Positions 46,211 to 54,302 of a stretch of 64,000 nucleotides of DNA are shown in pieces; the stretch's first letter is position 1, and each line of letters begins with the position of its first letter. Under the pieces are notes generated by a model. The model worked only from the letters and a program-made list of their open reading frames with translations. It made no database searches and had not been told where the DNA came from. The stretch is from Clostridia bacterium (lineage in GTDB: Bacteria; Bacillota; Clostridia; Christensenellales; CAG-1252), in the NCBI GenBank assembly GCA_024685775.1, contig JAIKVL010000016.1:40128-104127 (forward strand). The letters are read 5' to 3'. Both the position numbers and the translations under genes were made by a program.

Positions 46211-47452
46211 TTAAAATCGGAAGACGTCGTCGTCCCCGTCGCCCGTTTTCTCCTCGCGGGAATCGAGATCGGAGAACGGATCTTCGGAAGATCCTTGCGG
46301 TTTTTCAAAGGAATCCCGCCAAACGGTTTCCTTGCGATCTTTTCCCTGCTTAAAGAAGAAGACGAGGAAGAACGCGATCGCCGCCGCGCCGCCGATCAAG
46401 GTAACGAGGGCGTAGACGAGTTCGCTATCGAGATCCTTTCCCGAAATCTCCTTTTCCGCGGAAGTCAAGGCGCTTTTCAAGCCTTCTCCCGAGACCGCGC
46501 GAGCAACCGTGTTCGCGACGCCCGACAAACGCGCGGCGGTTCTTTCTTTCCCGCCGTTTCGCAGGTCGATCTCTTTAAACGTGTCGAGCGGGGTGCCGGA
46601 GATCTCCGTCTTTCCCTTATAGCGATACAAACCGCAACCGCTTTCCCAATCGCCGCCGACGAAAGTCGCGCAAGGAATATTCCTTTCCATAAAATCGCGG
46701 TTGACGCCGACGAGACCGAGATGGACGTAATCGAGCGAGCCCTGCGTCGAATACAAAGAAACCGGACGCTTGAACAGCGGCGCGGAAGCGATCTCCGCGC
46801 GAACGGAAGACGCGACCGAGCGGAAGTACTTTTCGTGAGACCGCGGAACTTCGTCGCAATAAAGATAATCGCGTTCTCCCGCCGCCACGCCGTCCAAACC
46901 GACGTACAAAGCGATTTTTTCGATGGGAATCCCGCAATTATCTTCGCGGAAATCCGAAAGCGACGCGCCGCCCCAAAACGCAATCGCGAGGTTATAATCC
47001 AAAGAAGTGTCTTTGAGCTTTTCCGCAATCGACAAAAGCGCGCCGACCGAAGCGGCGATCTCCGCGCCTTCTCCCGTCCCGGAAGAGCCTTGCGCCGCGA
47101 ATCCTCCGTAATATCCGCCGATCACGACGGTCTTTTCTTTTCCGAGGTCACGCGTCCCGACGACGTGATAATAGGTGCAGCTTCTGCCGCTCTGCGCGCC
47201 GTCTTCGAAAGCCGTGTCGACGTACTTATATTCCGGCGTCGTAACGGTATAACCGAGCGCGAGCAGATTGTCTTTCAAAAACGGAACGGACGCGGCTTCC
47301 TTCCCGCTCATCGCGTCGCGCGTGGGATGCGCCGCCGCGAAAGCGCGCGCGTAGTCGTAGGCGGGGTCCGAGACTTCCGCCGAAGCGAACGGGATCGCCG
47401 ACAGAGAGAAGACGATTGCGAAGACGAAGAGGAAGAGCAAAACCTTTTTCAT
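46211..47452 (-). CDS. secreted protein with C-terminal TM anchor; weak M28-peptidase-like resemblance
   Basis: The signal peptide is MKKVLLFLFVFAIVFSLSAIPFASA. The C-terminal TM segment is LVYALVTLIGGAAAIAFFLVFFF. The region HVVGTRD...TVVIGGYYGG resembles the M28 n.ia...vvvgAHyDS block, but the His/Asp positions are not conserved. The family call is weak. Confidence 0.4.
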   Translation of the reverse strand: MKKVLLFLFVFAIVFSLSAIPFASAEVSDPAYDYARAFAAAHPTRDAMSGKEAASVPFLKDNLLALGYTVTTPEYKYVDTAFEDGAQSGRSCTYYHVVGTRDLGKEKTVVIGGYYGGFAAQGSSGTGEGAEIAASVGALLSIAEKLKDTSLDYNLAIAFWGGASLSDFREDNCGIPIEKIALYVGLDGVAAGERDYLYCDEVPRSHEKYFRSVASSVRAEIASAPLFKRPVSLYSTQGSLDYVHLGLVGVNRDFMERNIPCATFVGGDWESGCGLYRYKGKTEISGTPLDTFKEIDLRNGGKERTAARLSGVANTVARAVSGEGLKSALTSAEKEISGKDLDSELVYALVTLIGGAAAIAFFLVFFFKQGKDRKETVWRDSFEKPQGSSEDPFSDLDSREEKTGDGDDDVFRF

Positions 47453-48003
47453 CGCGCCACCTCCACGATCGTCAAAATCAAAGAAAGCGCGATCAGAACG
47501 ATGGGGATCACGGACAGCGAAAACGCCAGCGTTCGCCTGTCGTAATCATGCGCGTTTCTTCTGACGAAAAAGAACGCGGCAAGCGCGAACGTCGCCCATA
47601 AAACGACGTTTCGAACCGCCGATTCGATCAAAGACAAGGTCGGGAAAAAGAGGACGGGGATCCCCGTGATCCCGCAAACGAGAAAGCACGGGATCGCGAA
47701 CGCGAGAACGGTCTTTCCGTAGTCGCCGTAGGCGATCGGGAACGGATAAAGCATTCCGCTCTTCCTCGTAAAGATTGCGCCTGTGATCCGATACGAGACG
47801 TAGATCAAAAATTTCGCCACGAGCGCGGAAAGCCCGACCGTCATAAGCGAAACGGAGACGACGAGCGCCGCATACGAAGTCCCGGTCAAATACGCCGCCG
47901 ACGCGATTAGTTGCAGCGAAAGCGCAAGTTCGGAAAAATAAAACGCAAGTCCCGTCAAGAGGAATAACGCCCAATTCGGCGCTTTTTTCAATAAATCGAT
48001 CAT
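47449..48003 (-). CDS. hypothetical membrane protein (184 aa)
   Basis: About 5 TM segments. It has ATGA overlaps with both neighbours. Confidence 0.55.
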   Translation of the reverse strand: MIDLLKKAPNWALFLLTGLAFYFSELALSLQLIASAAYLTGTSYAALVVSVSLMTVGLSALVAKFLIYVSYRITGAIFTRKSGMLYPFPIAYGDYGKTVLAFAIPCFLVCGITGIPVLFFPTLSLIESAVRNVVLWATFALAAFFFVRRNAHDYDRRTLAFSLSVIPIVLIALSLILTIVEVAR

Positions 48004-48935
48004 CGTTTCCTCGCTTCGATCGCCTCGGCGATCGCAAGATCCATCGCGTTCGTAACGCCGATTTCACCCGTCTTGAAGCCCTCTTCAAGCTCGTAAAGTT
48101 TCATTAAAATCGTAAGGAGTTGGCGGGAAGTATATGCCGCCGCCGCTTTTTTCGCCTTTTGCAAAGGATAGGGAGAAACGCCCATCTTCTTCGCGAGTTC
48201 GGCGTCGGGCTCGTTTTTGGCGAGTTTGACGTGAAGCATCAAGCGAATATAATCGATGAGCCTCGTAAAAAAGGGCGAATACTCGTAAGCGTTGCCCGCG
48301 AGCGCGGACAGAACTTCATACGCGCCCGTATAGCTTCCTCTTGCGATCGCGTCCGTAAAATCGAACACTCGATAGGAATAGGAAGGCTCGACGTACTTTT
48401 CGACGAGATCCTCGTTGATCTCTCCGATCGGAACAAGTTTGATGAGTTCGTTTTTGACGCGCGTCATCGAGAATTCGACGAAGCGAACGAGTTTTCGCGC
48501 CGCGTTTTCGGTAATCGCTCCGCCCATTTCGGTCGCAAGGCGGACGACGTACGGGACGAGCTCCCCTTCCGGGACGACGCCGAAATCGTACTCCTTTGCG
48601 CCCGAGACCGCTCCTTCGCAATTATAAAGAATCAAAATTCCCGTCGGAGCGGGATCTTTCAAGTACGTCTCGATCTGCTTGATCTCCGCGTCTTTGAGTT
48701 TGCGGTCGCGGACGACGGCGATTTTTCTGTCCGACATCATCGGGAAACTGCCCACGCCGAAGATCGCGTCGTCGATCGGGCGATCGTCGGACAAGACCTC
48801 GATATCGATCTCGGAAGACAGCGCGAGAAGATCGGCATACGCCGATTCGACCCAGTACTTATCTTCGCCCGACAATTTATATACGGGAGCGATCTCGCCT
48901 CGCGCGAGGGCCGCCTTGAACTCGTAATACAGCAT
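48000..48935 (-). CDS. holA: DNA polymerase III delta subunit
   Basis: 311 aa. The N-terminal motif is APVYKLSGEDKYWVESAY. The size and helical C-terminal domain fit HolA. Confidence 0.75.
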   Translation of the reverse strand: MLYYEFKAALARGEIAPVYKLSGEDKYWVESAYADLLALSSEIDIEVLSDDRPIDDAIFGVGSFPMMSDRKIAVVRDRKLKDAEIKQIETYLKDPAPTGILILYNCEGAVSGAKEYDFGVVPEGELVPYVVRLATEMGGAITENAARKLVRFVEFSMTRVKNELIKLVPIGEINEDLVEKYVEPSYSYRVFDFTDAIARGSYTGAYEVLSALAGNAYEYSPFFTRLIDYIRLMLHVKLAKNEPDAELAKKMGVSPYPLQKAKKAAAAYTSRQLLTILMKLYELEEGFKTGEIGVTNAMDLAIAEAIEARKR

Positions 48936-49282
48936 TATTTTTCCTCGAAATCCGCGGTCGCGACGAACGGAACGCCGCTTCCCGCGACGTCCTCCATCGC
49001 GATATCTCCCGCCGAAAGGCTTTTTTCAAGGCGGAAGGACGCCGCCTCTTTGAGCGCGGCGGGAACGAGCGCTTTGGGGATCGGTTCTTTCGTCTTCACG
49101 CTGACGACGCCGCCCTTCTTCCCTTTGAGCAAGGTCGTTACGACTCGTTTCGGGCAGGTGAATTCGCTGACTCCGTACTTTTCGCCGCGCATACAGCCGT
49201 TTCCGCTGACGACGATCTTACCCCCTTCTTCCCGAACGGAAAGCGCGCATCCGATCGGACACATGATACAAGTCGTGTTCAT
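48935..49282 (-). CDS. DUF1667 domain protein (small subunit of a GlpA-like oxidoreductase trio)
   Basis: The sequence is MNTTCIMCPIGCALSVREEGGKIVVSGNGCMRGEKYG. Confidence 0.8.
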   Translation of the reverse strand: MNTTCIMCPIGCALSVREEGGKIVVSGNGCMRGEKYGVSEFTCPKRVVTTLLKGKKGGVVSVKTKEPIPKALVPAALKEAASFRLEKSLSAGDIAMEDVAGSGVPFVATADFEEK

Positions 49283-50517
49283 TGTTCCTCCAAATAGATC
49301 GAGACGTCCCCTTTCAACAAGGACTTGTCGATCTCAACGTTTTGCATTTCGCCCGGCGCCATGACCGCCGTCTTTTTCCGCTTGACGACCTCGCCCGCGG
49401 AAGCGACCGCGACGGCGCGCCCCTTATATACTTTATCGACGCGGAAATAGATTTTAACCTTCCCTTCTCCCGCCGTTACGATTTGCGGAAGCGCGTAACG
49501 GACGCCGCCCGACGGTTCGACCTTGAATTTTTCCCCGCTCGGCAGTTCCCCAAGCGCGAACGCAGCCGCGGAGTCGCCCGCGATCAAGGCTTCCTCGCTG
49601 ACGTTATCCACGAGATCGTGGACGTGAAGGACGTTGCCCGCCGAGAAGACGCCGAGGAGCGAAGTCTGACGAAATTCGTCCACAACCGCGCCTTTGGTGA
49701 TCGGGCTGATTTTGACGGACGTTCCCTTCAAAAGATCGTTTTCCGGAATCAATCCGACGGAGAGGAGCAAGGTATCGCACGGGATGAATTCCTCTTTCGA
49801 GAGATCGGGGCGAAGCCTTTCGTCCACGGGAGCGATATAGACGCCCGTCAAACGCGCCTTCCCTTCGACCCTCGTTACGGTCGTCGAGTAACGCAAAGGA
49901 ATGTCGAAATCGTTCAGGCATTGAACGATATTTCGCTTTAAGCCGCTCGAAAAAGGCATAATCTCCATAACGAGCTTGACTTTCGCGCCCTCCGCGGTCA
50001 TACGGCGCGCCATAATAAGCCCGATATCGCCGCTGCCGAGGATGACGACCTCTTTTCCGACGAGGCAACCCGCGACGTTTGACAAACGCTGCGCCGCGCC
50101 CGCGGTATAGATCCCCGCGGGTCTGGTTCCCGCAAGGGCGATCGCGCCCGCGCTCCGCTCTCTGCACCCCATCGCGAGGACGATGGCTTTCGCTTTGATC
50201 TCCATATATCCTTCGGTCGGAGAGATCGCGCGAACGACCTTGTCTTCCGAAAGAGATAAGACCATCGCTTCGAGGAAGACTTTGATCCCCTCGTCCGCGA
50301 GGACTTGCTTTTTGAAACGAGCCGCATATTCGGGTCCCGTCAATTCTTCGCCGAAATAGTGAAGCCCGAAGCCGTTATGAATGCATTGATTCAAAATGCC
50401 GCCGAGCCGATTGTCGCGCTCCAAGATCGCGACAGAAACGCCTTTTTTTCTCGCGCCGATCGCCGCCGCCATTCCCGCGGGACCGCCGCCTATGATCACC
50501 ACGTCAAATTCCGTCAT
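49279..50517 (-). CDS. NAD(P)/FAD-dependent pyridine nucleotide-disulfide oxidoreductase family protein
   Basis: It has two dinucleotide folds, FDVVIIGGGPAGMAAA and VVILGSGDIGLIMA. Confidence 0.8.
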   Translation of the reverse strand: MTEFDVVIIGGGPAGMAAAIGARKKGVSVAILERDNRLGGILNQCIHNGFGLHYFGEELTGPEYAARFKKQVLADEGIKVFLEAMVLSLSEDKVVRAISPTEGYMEIKAKAIVLAMGCRERSAGAIALAGTRPAGIYTAGAAQRLSNVAGCLVGKEVVILGSGDIGLIMARRMTAEGAKVKLVMEIMPFSSGLKRNIVQCLNDFDIPLRYSTTVTRVEGKARLTGVYIAPVDERLRPDLSKEEFIPCDTLLLSVGLIPENDLLKGTSVKISPITKGAVVDEFRQTSLLGVFSAGNVLHVHDLVDNVSEEALIAGDSAAAFALGELPSGEKFKVEPSGGVRYALPQIVTAGEGKVKIYFRVDKVYKGRAVAVASAGEVVKRKKTAVMAPGEMQNVEIDKSLLKGDVSIYLEEQ

Positions 50518-51949
50518 ATCCGTCTTTCACCTCATAGGGCGCGATCTCGCTGCCCTCGTCCCCTTTTCGGATCGCCGTCAAAGGGAGATTGAATTCGCTT
50601 GCCAAAATCTCCATTACGCGGGGCATACAGAAGCCGCCCTGACAGCGCCCCATCCCCGCGCGAACGCGGCGTTTTACGGCGTCCACCGTGCGCGCCGGAA
50701 CGGGCGAACGGATCGCGCCGAGGATCTCGCCTTCCGTAACCTTTTCGCAGCGGCAGACGATCCTTCCGAACGCGGGATCTTCCTTCGCCTTTTTCGCGAT
50801 CTCTTCGGGAGAAGCGGTCGCCAAGCGGAATTTTACGGGGAGAGAAAGGAGTTTTTCTTTCTTTTTGAGATCGAGCTTTTTCGCCGCCCACGCCGCGACG
50901 TGTTCTCCGATCGCGGGAGCGGAAGTCAGCCCGGGCGAGCAAATGCCCGCGAGAATAAAGTAGCCGGGGAAACGCTCGGATTCCTCGACGATAAAATCCG
51001 ATCCGACCGACGTGCGCGTTCCCGCGTACACGCGGATGGTCTCTCCGATCCTGACGTTTTGCATCAGTCGATTCACGCCCTCGCGAACGAGCGCGAGCCC
51101 CTCCGCCGTTACGGCGTTCTCTTCCGCCTTATCCGAGGGAAGGCGGCGCGAAGTCGGCCCCAAAATGACGTTTCCGTCCGCGGTCGGCGCGACGAGGATT
51201 CCCTTTCCTTTTTCGTCCGGAAGAGGGAAAACGACGGTGTTTACGACGCCCGCCTGCGCGCTGTCCAAGATATAATAGTCGCCGGCGGCGTAAACTTGTT
51301 CGTAGGTCTTTTCGCCGAGGAGCGCGTTGACGTCGCTTGCGCCCGCGCCCGCCGCGTTGACGACGGTCTTTCCGAAGTACTCGCCTTTATTCGTCCGAAC
51401 GACGAAGCCGCCGTCCGATTTTTCCAAAGAAACGACCTTCTCTTCGAGGCGAACGGTCGCCCCGTTCAGCGCCGCGAAATCGCCCTGCGCGATGGTCAGT
51501 TTGTACGGCGAGACGACGCCCGCGTCGGGCGCGTACAAAGCGTAAGTGATCTCGGGGGAGATATTCGGTTCGAGCTTGCGGATCTCGTCCTTCGAAAGGA
51601 TCCGCGCGTTTACGCCGTTCTTTTTCGCGCGCTCTTCGAGGACGCGAAGCCCTTCGAGCCCGCCCTCTCTCGCCGCGACCAAAGAACCCGTCCTTTTATA
51701 AGGGACGTGCAGTTCTTCCGCGACGGATGGCATCATCGCCGCGCCGAGGACGTTGAAGTACGCCTTTTTCGTCCCGGGTTCCGCGTCGTAGCCCGCGTGC
51801 GCGATGCCGCTGTTCGCGCGACTCGACCCGTTTGAAAGATCGGATGCCTTTTCGAGAAGAAGGGTCTTCGCTTCAAAGGAAGCAAGGCTCTTCAAAACGG
51901 CGGTGCCGATCACGCCGCCGCCGATAACGATAACGTCAAAAGAATTCAT
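50504..51949 (-). CDS. FAD-dependent glycerol-3-phosphate dehydrogenase-like oxidoreductase with BFD-like [2Fe-2S] domain
   Basis: Trimmed to ATG 51949 (MNSFDVIVIGGGVIGTAV), because the track start would overlap ppa. The C-terminus reads CRCEKVTEGEILGAI...RAGMGRCQGGFC. Confidence 0.8.
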   Translation of the reverse strand: MNSFDVIVIGGGVIGTAVLKSLASFEAKTLLLEKASDLSNGSSRANSGIAHAGYDAEPGTKKAYFNVLGAAMMPSVAEELHVPYKRTGSLVAAREGGLEGLRVLEERAKKNGVNARILSKDEIRKLEPNISPEITYALYAPDAGVVSPYKLTIAQGDFAALNGATVRLEEKVVSLEKSDGGFVVRTNKGEYFGKTVVNAAGAGASDVNALLGEKTYEQVYAAGDYYILDSAQAGVVNTVVFPLPDEKGKGILVAPTADGNVILGPTSRRLPSDKAEENAVTAEGLALVREGVNRLMQNVRIGETIRVYAGTRTSVGSDFIVEESERFPGYFILAGICSPGLTSAPAIGEHVAAWAAKKLDLKKKEKLLSLPVKFRLATASPEEIAKKAKEDPAFGRIVCRCEKVTEGEILGAIRSPVPARTVDAVKRRVRAGMGRCQGGFCMPRVMEILASEFNLPLTAIRKGDEGSEIAPYEVKDGYDGI

Positions 51950-51963
51950 AACTGCCTGCCGAT

Positions 51964-52509
51964 TTAATCCTGAAAAGTATTTTGCGGGAATTTTTTCCAA
52001 TAAAGGTCGATCGCCTCTTTGATGATTTCAATCGCGCGATCTCTGCCGAGGATCTCCATGACCGTCGTTTCTTTATGTTCGAGCTGCTTATACACGTTAA
52101 AGAAGTGGGCGATCTCCTGAACGATATGCGGAGGAAGCTCGCCGACTTCGTGATAGGTGTTATAGGTCGGATCGTGGAAGGGGACTGCGATGATCTTATA
52201 ATCGAACGCGCCGCCGTCTATCATCGCCATAACGCCGATCGGATAGCACTCCACGAGCGCGAGAGGCGCGATCTGCTCGCTGCAAAGGACCAAGACGTCC
52301 AAGGGGTCTTTATCATCCGCATAGGTCAGAGGAATAAAGCCGTAATTCGCGGGATAGTGCGTGGACGTATAAAGGACTCTGTCCAAAATAAGCGCGCCGG
52401 ATTCTTTATCCAGTTCGTACTTATTTTTGCTTCCTTTGCTGATCTCGATGACCGCGAGGAAGTCGTGCGGGCTGATGCGGTTCGGATTGATATCACGCCA
52501 TAGATTCAT
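51964..52509 (-). CDS. ppa: inorganic pyrophosphatase (family I)
   Basis: The motifs are EISKGSKNKYELD and YPANYGFIPLTYADDKDPLDVLVL. GGAGG lies upstream. Confidence 0.9.
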   Translation of the reverse strand: MNLWRDINPNRISPHDFLAVIEISKGSKNKYELDKESGALILDRVLYTSTHYPANYGFIPLTYADDKDPLDVLVLCSEQIAPLALVECYPIGVMAMIDGGAFDYKIIAVPFHDPTYNTYHEVGELPPHIVQEIAHFFNVYKQLEHKETTVMEILGRDRAIEIIKEAIDLYWKKFPQNTFQD

Positions 52510-52618
52510 CGGAAAACCTCCAAAAAGCTATAATTATATATTCTATCACTCTATAACCCCTTTTTCAAGGGGAAAAGAAAAATCCGATCGCACTTTTTCG
52601 ATCGGATCTTTCGGAAAT

Positions 52619-53407
52619 TTACGCGCTTTTCTTTTTGCCGCATTTTTTGCGGACGAGAACCCAAACGAGATAAAACGCCGCGACGTACAAAAGAAACAAA
52701 ACGACGACTTCCAACGGGTATAAAACGCGATTCCCCTTGACGAGATTATAAAAGATATCGTAAGGCGTTCCGTCGCCGCGCATCAGAAACATATAGTTAT
52801 ACGGAATCAAAATATCGGCGACGTAGGCGATCGCGCAGCACCCGACGAGGATCAGGAAGGTGATCCAAATATTTCTCTTTTGCATGCTCGCCATCCCCGC
52901 GATCGCGATATAGAGCCCCGCGAACCCGCCGAGCGAATGCGTGATCGCGGAAAAGACGTTGTCATAGGAAAGAACGGGATACGAGGAGAAATTCTGCCCC
53001 GCGGCGTAGACGCCCATCGCCGCGCCGAGCGTCCCGAAGATCAAGACGAAGTCCAAAGCGGCTTCCCTCACCCGCCCCTTCGAAAAAGCGGCGATCGGAA
53101 GCGCGAAAAACTGCAAATCACACATAAAGAGCGGGAGTTTCAAAAGCATCGGTTTCGCGTCGTGCGCGCGGAGAGCGCAGAAAGCGATGTCGCCGAGTTT
53201 CAGCAGGACGAACGCGATCGCGCAGACGACGACCACGCGATTTTTCTCGCGCTCGGGTTTCCCTTTTTCCTTTCGTCCGACGAGGATCGCAAGCGCGATC
53301 ATCGCGATCATAAACGCCGTCGCAAAGACGATATGCTGCCAAGACATATACCCTTCCGGCGTTCTTCGATATTCACCGATCCCGAAAAACTCTTTCAATC
53401 CGCTCAT
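52619..53407 (-). CDS. hypothetical polytopic membrane protein (possibly YwaF/TIGR02206-like)
   Basis: 262 aa with about 7 TM segments. The family suggestion is weak and from memory only. Confidence 0.5.
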   Translation of the reverse strand: MSGLKEFFGIGEYRRTPEGYMSWQHIVFATAFMIAMIALAILVGRKEKGKPEREKNRVVVVCAIAFVLLKLGDIAFCALRAHDAKPMLLKLPLFMCDLQFFALPIAAFSKGRVREAALDFVLIFGTLGAAMGVYAAGQNFSSYPVLSYDNVFSAITHSLGGFAGLYIAIAGMASMQKRNIWITFLILVGCCAIAYVADILIPYNYMFLMRGDGTPYDIFYNLVKGNRVLYPLEVVVLFLLYVAAFYLVWVLVRKKCGKKKSA

Positions 53408-53755
53408 CTTCGCCCCATCCTTTTTTGTTCGGATATTTTTATGCTACAACTTTTTCGGGGAAATTGCAAGACGGGAAAAAGCAGGCTCCTTTCCCCGAAA
53501 CGAAGAACGCACCGCTCTTTCGAGCGGTGCGAGAAAGAAAATCAAGCCGACGTCGGCGCTTGTCACCGGTATTCGAATTCTTGCGAATTTTATCTTTCGT
53601 ACACTTTATCCTATGCGGGCGTGCGCCGTCGGGTGCGCGTTTACGCGTTCAATAAAATTTCAAAAGCGCAAACGTTCCCTTTTTCAAACGAAGAAAGCGC
53701 GCTTCTTCCCGAAAAAACAAACCCCGAAAAGCCGTTCTCCTTTTGAAAAAAACGC

Positions 53756-53784
53756 TTGCAATTCCTTTTTCCCTGTGTTATAGT
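53756..53784 (+). promoter_or_regulatory. sigma-70-type promoter candidate for tRNA-Leu
   Basis: TTGCAA (53756-53761), a 17-nt spacer, then TATAGT (53779-53784). It ends 10 nt before the tRNA 5' end. Confidence 0.55.
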
Positions 53785-53794
53785 AATGTAGCAA

Positions 53795-53880
53795 GCCGAA
53801 GTGGTGGAATGGCAGACGCGATGGACTCAAAATCCATTGTTGGCGACAACGTGTGGGTTCAAGTCCCACCTTCGGCACCA
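53795..53880 (+). tRNA. tRNA-Leu (anticodon CAA), type II, CCA encoded
   Basis: Manual cloverleaf. The acceptor stem is GCCGAAG/CTTCGGC. The D stem is GTG/CGC. The anticodon stem ATGGA/TCCAT carries the loop CTCAAAA. The long variable arm is GTTG-GCGA-CAAC. The T arm is GTGGG-TTCAAGT-CCCAC. The 3' end is A-CCA. Confidence 0.9.
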
Positions 53881-53883
53881 GTG

Positions 53884-53910
53884 GCACTCGTTAAAGCGAG
53901 TGCTTTTTCT
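53884..53910 (+). terminator. intrinsic terminator after tRNA-Leu
   Basis: The stem GCACTCG (53884-53890) pairs with CGAGTGC (53897-53903). A T5 run follows. Confidence 0.6.
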
Positions 53911-54037
53911 TTATCTGCGTGGGACTTGAACGGGCGAAGTGCGTAGCAAGGAAGACACAGTGCGTCTTCCGCCTGAGCCCCGGCGTGTCGGCGAGCGATA
54001 GCGAGAGTGCGAGCAAGTCCCACCTTCGGCACCACAT

Positions 54038-54064
54038 GCATCCGCAAACGCGGATGCTTTTTCT
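54038..54064 (+). terminator. second terminator-like hairpin (after X2)
   Basis: The stem GCATCCGC (54038-54045) pairs with GCGGATGC (54050-54057). A T5 run follows. Its stem sequence differs from hairpin 1, but it occupies the same position relative to X and Y. Confidence 0.5.
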
Positions 54065-54264
54065 TTATCTGCGTGGGACTTGATCCGTGGGAAGCGCCGA
54101 CTTACAAACTTTGCTTTGCAGATAAGGCGGCGCCAAACGCGACGGAGCGTTTGCCACCCCGGCGAGAGATAGAAGTCCCACCTTCGGCACCGGTATAATT
54201 CAAATGCGATCCCACAAACCCTTGACTTTTTTTTCGAGAAGAGTTACGATATTTCCGAAAGGAC

Positions 54265-54302
54265 AAAGATGTCTTGGGGGTTACCCGAGGCGTCTTTTTT
54301 TT
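54265..54302 (+). terminator. intrinsic terminator/attenuator immediately upstream of purF
   Basis: GATGTCTTGGG (54268-54278) pairs with CCCGAGGCGTC (54284-54294). That is 11 bp including 3 G.U pairs, with the loop GGTTA. AAA lies upstream and T8 (54295-54302) lies downstream. The purF RBS GGAGGA is at 54309-54314. Confidence 0.6.

Larger units (their letters stand above)
53860..54191 (+). repeat. direct-repeat array: three copies of the tRNA-Leu 3' end (X) and two copies of a 29-nt module (Y) containing the T-arm complement
   Basis: X1 (53860-53880) and X2 (54014-54034) are both caagtcccaccttcggcacca, identical at 21/21. X3 (54173-54191) is aagtcccaccttcggcacc, identical at 19/19. Y1 (53901-53929) and Y2 (54055-54083) are both tgctttttctttatctgcgtgggacttga, identical at 29/29. 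The period is 154 nt and then 158 nt. Confidence 0.85.

Noticed and set aside
53919-53985. A ZTP (pfl) riboswitch upstream of purF. The suggestion came from GGGACTTGAACGGGCGAAG and a hairpin followed by CCGCCTGAGC.
   Set aside because: The partner of the GGGAC strand (GTCCC) lies after the CCGCCTGAGC element, not before the linker, so the order of helices does not fit the pfl architecture. The second unit lacks the CCGCC element. A terminator and about 250 nt separate the region from purF. An Infernal scan with RF01750 would settle the question.
53860-54191. Whether the X repeats could be a small CRISPR array.
   Set aside because: There are only three repeats. The repeat is the tRNA 3' end itself. 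The spacers are 130-140 nt and partly repeated (the Y module). No cas genes are present.
54251-54263. A PurBox-like sequence (ATTTCCGAAAGGA) in the purF leader.
   Set aside because: It matches my remembered Bacillus PurBox consensus (AWWWCCGAACWWT) at only about 9 of 13 positions. It is a single copy located downstream of the -10, whereas PurBoxes form an upstream inverted pair. That is too weak to call.
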